Origin: Thermoleophilaceae bacterium
GTDB lineage: Bacteria; Actinomycetota; Thermoleophilia; Solirubrobacterales; Thermoleophilaceae
Length of the DNA stretch: 64,000 nucleotides
Direction of reading: 5' to 3'
Assembly: GCA_036494715.1 (NCBI GenBank)
Contig: DASXNY010000166.1
Coordinates: 801-64,800, forward strand
A program made the translations under genes and the position numbers. The notes under the pieces were generated by a model. That model ran no database searches, was not told the DNA's origin, and was given only the letters and a program-made list of their open reading frames with translations. Position 1 is the first letter of the stretch. The number at the start of each line of letters is the position of its first letter. This document shows, in pieces, positions 17,922-26,010 of the stretch.

Positions 17922-19213
17922 GCGCGGGCGAGCGCACCGCCACTCGCTCCGAGGAGCTGTACCGCCGGGCCCTCGAGCTGCTGCCAGGCGGCGTCAACTC
18001 TCCGGTCCGCGCCATGCGCGCGATCGGCCGCGATCCAGTCTTCGTCGAGCGCGGCGAGGGGCCGTGGCTGTACGACGTCGATGGCAACCGCTACGTCGAC
18101 TACGTCTGCTCGTGGGGTCCCCTGATCGCGGGCCACGCGCAGCCCGCCGTGATCGCCGCCGTGACGGCGGCCGCCGCCCGAGGGACTAGCTTCGGCGCGC
18201 CCACCGAGGGGGAGGTGGAGCTGGCGGCAGAGGTGGTGGAGCGCGTGCCGGGCGCGGAGATGGTGCGCATGACCTCCTCCGGCACCGAAGCCTCGATGAG
18301 CGCGATCCGGCTGGCGCGCGCGGCCACGGGCCGCGACCCGGTGGTGAAGTTCGCGGGCGCCTATCACGGCCACGTGGACGGCCTGCTGGCGGACGCGGGC
18401 TCCGGCCTCGCGACCCAGGGCATCCCCTCGAGCCCGGGCGTGACGAAGGCTCAGGCCGCGGACACAGTGATCGTCCCCTGGAACGACCGCGAGGCGGTCG
18501 AGCGCTCGATCGAGGAACGCCCGCCCGCGGCGATCCTGGCCGAGCCCTTTCCGGCCAACATGGGCCTCGTGCCGCCGGCGCCGGGCTTCCTCGAGTTCCT
18601 GCGCGAGGCGGCCAGCGCCGCGGGCGCGCTGCTCGTCTTCGACGAGGTGATCACCGGCTTCCGCGTCTCGCGCGGCGGCGCGCAGGAGCGTTCGGGCGTC
18701 ACGCCCGACCTGACGATCCTCGGCAAGGTGATCGGTGGCGGCCTGCCGGCGGCCGCGTACGCGGGCCCACGCACGTTCATGCAGATGGTGGCCCCGGCCG
18801 GGAGCGTCTACCAGGCCGGCACCCTGTCCGGCAATCCGCTGGCGGTGGCGGCGGGCATCGCCACGCTGCGGCTGCTCGACGACGCCGCCTACCTGCGCCT
18901 CGAGCAGACCACCCGCGCGCTCGCCCAGGGGCTATCGGCCGCGGCGAGCGAGCACGGTGTCCCCGCGAAGGTCACCTGGGCGCCGGGGCTGCTCACGCTC
19001 TTCTTCAGCGCCGGCGAGATCAGCGACCTCGCCTCGGTTCAGGCGTGCGACATGGAGATGCACGCCGCCTTCTGCCGGGCGATGCTCGCGCGCGGCGTCT
19101 ACCTGCCGCCCTCGCAGTACGAGGCCTGGTTCCCCTCGCTAGTGCACGGGGACGAGGAGCTGGAGCTCACGCTCGAGGCCGCCGCGCGCTCGTTCGCCGA
19201 GGTGGCCGGGTGA
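17918..19213 (+). CDS. hemL: glutamate-1-semialdehyde 2,1-aminomutase (start codon uncertain, probably non-canonical)
   Basis: GGVNSPVRA, YVDYVCSWGPLIAGH and ILGKVIGGGLP (PLP lysine) motifs. The conserved N-terminus is encoded upstream of the first ATG (18014). Confidence 0.9.
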   Translation: MSAGERTATRSEELYRRALELLPGGVNSPVRAMRAIGRDPVFVERGEGPWLYDVDGNRYVDYVCSWGPLIAGHAQPAVIAAVTAAAARGTSFGAPTEGEVELAAEVVERVPGAEMVRMTSSGTEASMSAIRLARAATGRDPVVKFAGAYHGHVDGLLADAGSGLATQGIPSSPGVTKAQAADTVIVPWNDREAVERSIEERPPAAILAEPFPANMGLVPPAPGFLEFLREAASAAGALLVFDEVITGFRVSRGGAQERSGVTPDLTILGKVIGGGLPAAAYAGPRTFMQMVAPAGSVYQAGTLSGNPLAVAAGIATLRLLDDAAYLRLEQTTRALAQGLSAAASEHGVPAKVTWAPGLLTLFFSAGEISDLASVQACDMEMHAAFCRAMLARGVYLPPSQYEAWFPSLVHGDEELELTLEAAARSFAEVAG

Positions 19214-19635
19214 CCAGCCTGCTCGCCGAGGTGGCGGCCGCGGCCGACCCCGCCCTGCGCGAGTACGCCGTGCCCGACCCAGGCCCTGGCCGCTTCAACG
19301 GCTCGAACGGACTCGCCCCCGAGCGCGCTTTCGTGCTCGAGGCCGTGTACGAGGGCTACCTCCTGCACTACGAGACTCCGCGCGCCTTCGAGGGCATGGA
19401 CGCCGACCTGAGACTGCTCGCCGGCGACTCGCTTTACGCGCTCGGACTGGAGCGACTGTCGGCCAGCGGCGACATCGACGCAGTGCGCGAGCTCTCGGAC
19501 CTGATATCTCTGTGCGCCTTCGTGCACGCCCAGGGGCGGCCGGAGCTGGTAGAGGAGCTCTGGCAGGCCACCACCCGCGTCCTCTCCGGGGACGACGGGC
19601 TGGGGGCTCGAGGAGCCCTCTCCAGAGCCTTGTAA
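19210..19635 (+). CDS. 141-aa hypothetical protein resembling a degenerate polyprenyl-synthase helix bundle
   Basis: GTGA overlap with the hemL stop and strong GC3 bias. The LLHYE...LRLLAGDSLYALGLERL segment parallels the FARM region of trans-prenyl synthases, but DDxxD is lost. Confidence 0.6.
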   Translation: MTSLLAEVAAAADPALREYAVPDPGPGRFNGSNGLAPERAFVLEAVYEGYLLHYETPRAFEGMDADLRLLAGDSLYALGLERLSASGDIDAVRELSDLISLCAFVHAQGRPELVEELWQATTRVLSGDDGLGARGALSRAL

Positions 19636-19649
19636 CGACCGTATTTATG

Positions 19650-19678
19650 TTGACTGTAGAGTTCCGCGGGCGTTAAAT
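19650..19678 (+). promoter_or_regulatory. candidate sigma-70-type promoter for qcrA (TTGACT-17 nt-TTAAAT)
   Basis: The hexamers and the 17-nt spacer were read directly from an AT-richer 58-nt spacer. The -10 element ends 15 nt before the GTG start, and no SD is visible. Confidence 0.4.
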
Positions 19679-19693
19679 CCCTCGTCCTCCAAC

Positions 19694-20359
19694 GTGGCCG
19701 ATTCCAGCAAGAAAAAGCGCTCTCCCTACACCAAGGACCGCGGCTCCCTCGGTGCTTTCGAGGGCGAGACAGTCACCCGCCGACGCTTCATCACGGCGGG
19801 CGCTCTCGCGGCCGGTGGAGTGGCCACGGCGGCGGTGGGATTGCCGGCGCTGGGCTTCGCGCTGGGGCCGATCTTCGAGAAGACCGGGCACGAGGGCTGG
19901 CAGGACGTAGGCCCGGAGGCGGACTTCAACCCGGTGAGCTACGTGCCGAAGGTGATCACGCTCGACCCGACCATCGGGACGGCGGGCAAGACGACCATCT
20001 ACGTGCGCAAGGCCACGGCTGCCGACCGCAGCCCGAGCGACAAGGGCAAGTCGCCGCTGCCGTACGTCGCGATCTCGACGCGCTGCGCGCACCTCGGCTG
20101 CCCCGTCCGTTACGTGCAGGCGGCCCAGCGCTTCATCTGCCCGTGCCACGGCGGCGTCTACGATCGCCAGGGCAAGGTCGTGGGCGGCCCGCCGGTGCGC
20201 CCGCTCGACCGCTTCTACACACGCGTGGTCAACAGCCGCGTTCAGGTCGGCCAGCGCTTCTCGATGAACTCGCACCTCCAGCGCTTCAGCCCGCGTGACC
20301 CGTCCAACCACCTCGACGGCCTCTGGCAGTACCTCTACCCGGCGAGGCCCACGACATGA
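19694..20359 (+). CDS. qcrA: Rieske 2Fe-2S subunit of menaquinol:cytochrome c reductase
   Basis: Tat-like RRRFITAGALAAG signal, with CAHLGCP and CPCHGG cluster-binding boxes. Confidence 0.9.
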   Translation: MADSSKKKRSPYTKDRGSLGAFEGETVTRRRFITAGALAAGGVATAAVGLPALGFALGPIFEKTGHEGWQDVGPEADFNPVSYVPKVITLDPTIGTAGKTTIYVRKATAADRSPSDKGKSPLPYVAISTRCAHLGCPVRYVQAAQRFICPCHGGVYDRQGKVVGGPPVRPLDRFYTRVVNSRVQVGQRFSMNSHLQRFSPRDPSNHLDGLWQYLYPARPTT

Positions 20360-21228
20360 AGCCGCCGCTTCCCAAGGGCCTCCAGCGCAAGCCGCCGCGG
20401 CCGGGCTCGAAGCCGGCGAGGAACGGCGCGCGCGTGAACGGCGCGAACGGAGCGGCCACCCAGGATCCGAAGGCGCTGAAGAAGGCCAAGAAGCAGGAGA
20501 AACGCGAGGGCCTCAAGGAGCAGGCGCTCGAGGTGCCGATCGCAACGCTCGGCTGGCTCGACGAGCGCACCGGCACCTCGCCATTCCTGCGCGCCTTCCT
20601 CTTCCGCAAGGTCCCTAAGGGCACCAACTGGTACTACACGCTCGGCTCGGCCACGTTGTTCGCGTTCGTGAACCAGGCTGTGACGGGCGTTTTCCTCGCG
20701 ATGTACTACAACCCGTCGCCCACCCAGGCCTACGGGTCGGTCCACCACATCATCAACGACGTGTTCCTCGGCGAGTTCGTGCGCGGCATGCACAAGTGGG
20801 GCTCGACGGTGATGGTCGTGCTCGTCTTCCTGCACATGGGCCGCACCTTCTTTTTCGGCGCCTATAAGTACCCACGCGAGCTCAACTGGATCATCGGCGT
20901 CGTGCTTCTCATCCTCACGATGGCGATGTCGTTCACGGGCTACCTGCTGCCGTTCGACCAGCGCGCGTTCTGGGCCACCGTCGTCGGCGTGAACATCAAC
21001 GCATCCGGCCCGATCATCGGCCCCTATCTCGCCGACTTCCTGCGCGGCGGGGCGGAGTTCACGAGCACCACGCTGAGCCGCTTCTACGCGATCCACATGC
21101 TGCTCATTCCCGGGCTGATCATCGCCCTGATCGGTGCCCACCTCTACCTCGTCTCCAAGCTCGGCACCACGGCGCCGCCCTGGCTCAAGGCCGAGAAGGC
21201 TCGTGAGCTGGCAGAGGAAGAGATCTAG
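20356..21228 (+). CDS. qcrB: cytochrome b6-type (short) cytochrome b subunit with a basic N-terminal extension
   Basis: ATGA overlap with qcrA. WLDERT..., and heme-ligand His in the VHHIIND/FVRGMHKWG and FYAIHMLLIPG contexts. About 60 extra K/R/P-rich residues at the N-terminus. Confidence 0.9.
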   Translation: MKPPLPKGLQRKPPRPGSKPARNGARVNGANGAATQDPKALKKAKKQEKREGLKEQALEVPIATLGWLDERTGTSPFLRAFLFRKVPKGTNWYYTLGSATLFAFVNQAVTGVFLAMYYNPSPTQAYGSVHHIINDVFLGEFVRGMHKWGSTVMVVLVFLHMGRTFFFGAYKYPRELNWIIGVVLLILTMAMSFTGYLLPFDQRAFWATVVGVNINASGPIIGPYLADFLRGGAEFTSTTLSRFYAIHMLLIPGLIIALIGAHLYLVSKLGTTAPPWLKAEKARELAEEEI

Positions 21229-21939
21229 ATGAACAAGCAGGAGAAGGAGCGGTACCTCCGCGAGTACTCGATCCTCAAGTCGCAGGGCAAGCCGTTCTTC
21301 CCCTACGCGATCTTCAAGGACGGGACGATGGCGTGCATCACGCTCGCCGTGATCATCGTCCTGTCGATCGTGCTCGGCGCGGAGCTCGGTCCCAAGGCGG
21401 ACCCCACCACCACCTCCTACACGCCGCGCCCCGAGTGGTACTTCTTCTTCCTCTTCGAGCTGCTGCGGGTCATCAAACCGCCCGCGCTCGTCTTCATAGC
21501 CACGATCGGCGTCCCGACGGTCTGCATGGTGCTCCTGATCCTGCTGCCGTTCATCGACCGCAATCCGGAGCGCCGCCCCGCGCGGCGCCCGATCGCGATG
21601 CTCACGGCCGTCACCGTGATCGCGCTGATGGCGTACCTCACCGTCGAGGGCGCCTTAGCCGGACCCCCTGGCACGATCAGCTTAAAGACACCACCCCAAT
21701 ACCAGGCGGGCAAGCTGGTCGCGGCCGAATCCGGCTGTCAGGGCTGTCACAAGATCGGCGAGAACGGCAACGCCGGCCCCGGCCCGAACCTGACCCACAT
21801 CGGCGCGCGCCTGCCGCGCAATGCGATCGCGCGCACCCTCGTCAACCCGACGGCGCCGATGCCGTCGTTCGTGGCTCTGAAGACTTCGAATCCCAAGAAG
21901 TTCAACGAGCTCGTCGACTTCCTCGCGCAGCTCAAGTAG
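21229..21939 (+). CDS. qcrC: subunit IV-like domain fused to a monoheme cytochrome c
   Basis: PEWYFFFLFELLR (cytochrome b C-terminal / PetD-like), then CQGCH heme site and PMPSF Met ligand. Confidence 0.85.
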   Translation: MNKQEKERYLREYSILKSQGKPFFPYAIFKDGTMACITLAVIIVLSIVLGAELGPKADPTTTSYTPRPEWYFFFLFELLRVIKPPALVFIATIGVPTVCMVLLILLPFIDRNPERRPARRPIAMLTAVTVIALMAYLTVEGALAGPPGTISLKTPPQYQAGKLVAAESGCQGCHKIGENGNAGPGPNLTHIGARLPRNAIARTLVNPTAPMPSFVALKTSNPKKFNELVDFLAQLK

Positions 21940-21946
21940 CGCTGGC

Positions 21947-22660
21947 ATGACGGCCCCCGCGCCCGCCGACACCAGGGGCCGGCTCTCTGAGCCTCAGGTG
22001 CGCGCGATGTTCGACCGCATCGCCGGCCTCTACGACCTCATGAACTCGGTCATGACGGCGGGCTTGCACCACCGCTGGCGCGAGCGGGCCGTCGACCTCG
22101 CGGGCGTGGGCCCGGGCGACCGCGCGCTCGATGTCGCCACCGGCACGGGCGATCTCGCTATCGCGCTCGAGCGGCGCGTGGGATCAGGCGGCGAGGTGAT
22201 CGGGTCGGACTTCTCGGAGCAGATGCTGGAGCTCGCGCGGCGCAAGTCGGGCGCTGTCAGGTTCGAGTGGGGGAACGCGCTCGAGCTCTCCGACGACGAC
22301 GATTCCTTCGACGCGGTGACGGTCGGTTTCGGCGCCCGCAACTTCTCCGACCTGCGCGCCGGACTGGCCGAGATGGCCCGCGTGACGCGTCCCGGAGGCC
22401 GCGTGGTGGTGCTCGAAATCACCACGCCACAGGGCCCGCCCCTTTCCTGGTTCTTCAGGATCTGGTTCGATCGTGTGGTGCCGATGCTCGGACGCATAGC
22501 CGGAGACCCCGACGCGTACTCCTATCTGCCCACTTCGGTGCGCCGTTTCCCGGGGCCCAAGGAGCTCGCCCGCGAGCTCGCCGCGGTGGGCCTCGAGGAC
22601 ATCCATTGGCTGCTCACGGCCGGCGGGATCATCGCGATCCACTCGGGGAGGAAGGCGTGA
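21947..22660 (+). CDS. menG: demethylmenaquinone methyltransferase
   Basis: FDRIAGLYDLMNSVMTAGLHHRWR and the SAM motif LDVATGTGD. Confidence 0.9.
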   Translation: MTAPAPADTRGRLSEPQVRAMFDRIAGLYDLMNSVMTAGLHHRWRERAVDLAGVGPGDRALDVATGTGDLAIALERRVGSGGEVIGSDFSEQMLELARRKSGAVRFEWGNALELSDDDDSFDAVTVGFGARNFSDLRAGLAEMARVTRPGGRVVVLEITTPQGPPLSWFFRIWFDRVVPMLGRIAGDPDAYSYLPTSVRRFPGPKELARELAAVGLEDIHWLLTAGGIIAIHSGRKA

Positions 22661-23673
22661 GCGCACCCGCCCGCCAGGCGACGGGCCTAGCCCAGCTCGA
22701 AGCCGTGCTGGCGGCGGGTGGGCCCCGCCTCGCACGCGGGTTGTCACGGGCGGAAGCACGTCTCGTGGAAATAGGCTCGAGCCAGGGCGAGGAGCTCGGC
22801 CGCCACGCGGCCGACACTCTGAGCGCGGGCGGCAAGCGCCTGCGTCCGCTGATCGTCTTTCTGTGCGCGGGGCAGGCCTCGGGCGACGAGACCGTACGCG
22901 CCGCGGTGGCGGTGGAGCTCGTCCACATGGCCACGCTCGTGCACGACGACGTGCTCGACCGCGCGCCGCTCCGCCGCGGCCGCGAGACCGTCTACAAGTC
23001 GGCCGGCCGCGCCGCCGCCACCGAGACGGGCGACTTCCTGTTCTCACGCGCCTTTGCCGAGCTGGCCGCCACGGGCAGCCCTGTCGCGGTGAAGATGCTG
23101 TCGGACGCCTCGAGTGCACTCGCGCGCGGCGAGCTGATGCAGCGCGCTGACGCCTGGTCCGCGACGGTCAGCTCCGAGCGCTACATCAACCGCTGCACGC
23201 TCAAGACCGCGCGCCTGTTCGAGGCCGCCTGCCGCCTCGGCGCGCTGTTCGGGCCGTCGACCAATGGCGGGCTGCCGAGCGCGGTCGAGTGCCTCGGCGC
23301 GTTCGGCGAGAAGATTGGGATCGCCTTCCAGATCTTCGACGACGTGCTCGACGTGTCGGGGCCGCCGGAGCGCACCGGGAAGCATCGCGGCACCGACCTC
23401 CTCGACGGCACGATCACGCTTCCCCTGATCCTCGCCCGCGAGCGCGACGAGGAGCTAGCCCGAATCGACCTCCGCACCCGCGTCACGAACCCCGCGGAAG
23501 CAGACGCGATCTGCGACCGCATCGCCGACACCGGCGCGCTCAACGACGCCAGAGAAGAGGCGCTCACATACGTGCAGCAGGCAAAGACAGCACTCGACGA
23601 GATAGACCTGCCGGCACGCCAGCGCAGAGCGCTCGAGCTGGTGGCAGACGGCGTAGTAGAACGCTACGCCTGA
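22657..23673 (+). CDS. trans-polyprenyl diphosphate synthase (long-chain, menaquinone side chain)
   Basis: GTGA overlap with menG. FARM LVHDDVLD, KRLRP, SARM FQIFDDVLD. Confidence 0.9.
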   Translation: MSAPARQATGLAQLEAVLAAGGPRLARGLSRAEARLVEIGSSQGEELGRHAADTLSAGGKRLRPLIVFLCAGQASGDETVRAAVAVELVHMATLVHDDVLDRAPLRRGRETVYKSAGRAAATETGDFLFSRAFAELAATGSPVAVKMLSDASSALARGELMQRADAWSATVSSERYINRCTLKTARLFEAACRLGALFGPSTNGGLPSAVECLGAFGEKIGIAFQIFDDVLDVSGPPERTGKHRGTDLLDGTITLPLILARERDEELARIDLRTRVTNPAEADAICDRIADTGALNDAREEALTYVQQAKTALDEIDLPARQRRALELVADGVVERYA

Positions 23674-23682
23674 ACGACCGCC

Positions 23683-23710
23683 CTGCGGTCTGCGGACTGT
23701 GGACGGTGGA
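23683..23710. repeat. degenerate CTGCGGA-type heptamer repeat, 4 units
   Basis: ctgcggt ctgcgga ctgtgga cggtgga lies in the spacer between convergent stops (23673 and 23732). Confidence 0.7.
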
Positions 23711-23731
23711 CCCGGAGCGGCGAAGCCGCGA

Positions 23732-24172
23732 CTAAAAGTCCATCGGCTGGATCGCGTCGACCTTCAACGCGGCGACAAAGCGATCCACATCATCGGCCAT
23801 GTTCGCGCGGGCGAGTCGGCCGAGATCCGCTGCGAGCTCCTCCATGCCGCGGTCGAGCTCCTCATCGAACTCGTCGAGCAGGTCCTGCTCGAAGATGCCG
23901 CCGCCGGTCCAGTCGCAGTTGGGGCAGTGGAGCTCGACGTACCACTTGTCGGACCCCTCCTCTTCCCAGTCCATGGGGTAGACGAGCCGCGAGTCGCACT
24001 CGGTGCAGACGTGCAGGCCCTCAGCGGGAGCGGGCGACGTCTGGGGAGTCGGCTCGATTGCGGCCAGCTCCTGCGTCACGTCTTCGAACGACACGACCTC
24101 GATGGTCTTGCCGCTCGGAAGCACGATCCGCTTCACGTTCTCGCTGTTGTCCTGGAAGCTCATCATTCCCAC
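23732..24172 (-). CDS. acidic hypothetical protein with a CxxC...CxxC zinc-ribbon
   Basis: CTEC...CPNC pairs and good GC3 bias. I do not recognise a family. Confidence 0.55.
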   Translation of the reverse strand: MGMMSFQDNSENVKRIVLPSGKTIEVVSFEDVTQELAAIEPTPQTSPAPAEGLHVCTECDSRLVYPMDWEEEGSDKWYVELHCPNCDWTGGGIFEQDLLDEFDEELDRGMEELAADLGRLARANMADDVDRFVAALKVDAIQPMDF

Positions 24173-24249
24173 CTGTACGCGGGGTATCGGTCCTAGATCC
24201 AGGAACTTGAGCCCTGTCCGAAAGATGCGCAGTTACAATCGCCGCTCGC

Positions 24250-24825
24250 GTGGTACTAAGTGACCGCACCATCCGCTCGGAGATCGAAAGCGGGCGGATC
24301 GTGATCGACCCGTACGACCCGGGGATGATCCAGCCGTCCAGCGTGGATCTGCGCGTCGATCGCCGCTTTCGGGTCTTCCACAACTCGCGCCATCCGTACA
24401 TCGACGTGCGCGAGCCGATGGACGATCTGACGGAGGCCGTCGAGGTGCCCGAAGACCGCCCGTTTATCCTGCATCCGGGCGAATTCGTCCTGGGTCAGAC
24501 GCTCGAACGTGTGAGCCTGCCGGACGACCTCGTGGCACGGCTCGAGGGCAAGAGCTCGCTGGGACGGCTCGGCCTGCTGATCCACTCGACGGCCGGCTTC
24601 GTGGACAGCGGCTTCTCGGGCAATCTCACGCTCGAGCTGTCGAACGTGGCCAATCTCCCGATCACTATCTACCACGGCATGCCGATCGGGCAGATCTCGT
24701 TCATGCGCATGGACGGGCCGGTGGAGAACCCGTATGGCTCGCGTGGCAACAAGTACCAGGGCCAGACGGAGCCCACCGCGAGCCGCTTCTACCTCAACTT
24801 CGAGCGCGAGCAGTCGGGCAGCTGA
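24250..24825 (+). CDS. dcd: dCTP deaminase
   Basis: [26 protein letters not shown] and LELSN motifs. GTG start. Confidence 0.92.
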   Translation: MVLSDRTIRSEIESGRIVIDPYDPGMIQPSSVDLRVDRRFRVFHNSRHPYIDVREPMDDLTEAVEVPEDRPFILHPGEFVLGQTLERVSLPDDLVARLEGKSSLGRLGLLIHSTAGFVDSGFSGNLTLELSNVANLPITIYHGMPIGQISFMRMDGPVENPYGSRGNKYQGQTEPTASRFYLNFEREQSGS

Positions 24826-24890
24826 ACCCCCGCGTCGCCGAGGGGTGCGCCGCTACCATGGGGGATCCAGCCCGCTGACGGGAGGAACCC

Positions 24891-25217
24891 ATGCCGAATA
24901 TCGGCCCGGTCGAGATCATCATCGTCGTCGTAATCCTGCTCCTGGTGTTCGGGACCAGGCGGCTACCCGAGGCCGGCAAGAACCTGGGCAAGGGAATGCG
25001 GGAGTTCAAGGACTCCGTCACGGGCAAGGACGAGGAGAGCCAGAAGGAGCTGGCCGCATCGAACACGCCGCAGACGAGCGGCCAGGCCACCGCGCCGCCC
25101 GAGCAGGCGGCCGTCCAGCAGCCCCCACCCGCGCCCGCCACAGCGCCCGCGGCCCCGCCGGAGGCCGAGCAGGCCCCCGAGCCGGAGGCGGCCCGCAGCG
25201 GCGAGTCGCGCGGTTAG
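24891..25217 (+). CDS. tatA: twin-arginine translocase TatA/E-family protein
   Basis: IGPVEIIIVVVILLLVFGTRRLPEAGKNLGKGMREFK, followed by a low-complexity tail. Confidence 0.9.
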   Translation: MPNIGPVEIIIVVVILLLVFGTRRLPEAGKNLGKGMREFKDSVTGKDEESQKELAASNTPQTSGQATAPPEQAAVQQPPPAPATAPAAPPEAEQAPEPEAARSGESRG

Positions 25218-25238
25218 TCGGCTCACGAGCGCGCGGCG

Positions 25239-26003
25239 ATGGCTCGTCGCATCAGGCCGGTAGGACACGAGGACCGACTCGCGCTCGTCGACCACCTCGA
25301 TGAGCTGCGCACGCGCATCATCCTGTCGATCGTCGCCTTCGGCGTGGCGCTCGGGCTCTGCTTCTGGCAGAACCACCGGATCCTGAAGATCGTCAACCAT
25401 CCGCTGCACGGCCGCAAGCCGATCACGCTGGGGGTGGCAGAGCCGTTCACCACGACGTTCACGCTGTCGGCGTACGCCGCGATCCTGATCGCGCTGCCCG
25501 TGGTCCTCTACCAGCTCTACGCGTTCGTCCTGCCGGCGTTCACGGCGACGGAGCGGCACGTCGCGCTGCCGCTGCTGCTGATGGTGCCGTTCCTCTTCAT
25601 CGCGGGCGTCGTCTTCGGCTATTACGTGGTGCTGCCAGCGGCGCTCAAGTTCCTGCTGCACTTCAACACCAACCAGTTCAACGTGCAGATTCGCGCCCGC
25701 GACTACTACAGCTTCGTGACCACGACGCTGATCGCGTGCGGGCTCTTATTCCAGATACCGGTGGGCATCTTGGGGCTCAACCGCCTCGGCATCGTCACGC
25801 CGCGCATGCTGCGCAAGAACCGCCGGTACGCGATCGTCGTGATCGCCGTGCTGGCCATGCTCCTCCCCGGCGTCGACCCCGTGAGCATGCTCATCGAGAT
25901 GGTGCCCATGATCGTGCTCTATGAGCTGAGTATCCTTCTCGCCGTCGCCTTCGGCAGGCCGTCTGAAGAGGTATCCGACCGGATCGTTTCCGCCGAGGGC
26001 TAG
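25239..26003 (+). CDS. tatC: twin-arginine translocase subunit TatC
   Basis: LVDHLDELRTRII N-terminus, six TM segments, YAFVLPA and MLLPGVDP motifs. Confidence 0.92.
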   Translation: MARRIRPVGHEDRLALVDHLDELRTRIILSIVAFGVALGLCFWQNHRILKIVNHPLHGRKPITLGVAEPFTTTFTLSAYAAILIALPVVLYQLYAFVLPAFTATERHVALPLLLMVPFLFIAGVVFGYYVVLPAALKFLLHFNTNQFNVQIRARDYYSFVTTTLIACGLLFQIPVGILGLNRLGIVTPRMLRKNRRYAIVVIAVLAMLLPGVDPVSMLIEMVPMIVLYELSILLAVAFGRPSEEVSDRIVSAEG

Positions 26004-26010
26004 GCGAGAG

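Noticed and set aside
17909-18013. A programmed frameshift or gene fusion joining ahbAB and hemL into one polypeptide.
   Set aside because: The frames differ and there is no slippery heptamer at the junction. A GGGAGG motif plus a CTGA overlap gives a simpler reinitiation explanation, and a sequencing error also remains possible.
24734-25303. 189-aa + strand ORF overlapping tatA in another frame.
   Set aside because: The Arg/Gly/Pro-rich translation has no domain. The 24891-25217 frame gives a textbook TatA N-terminus.
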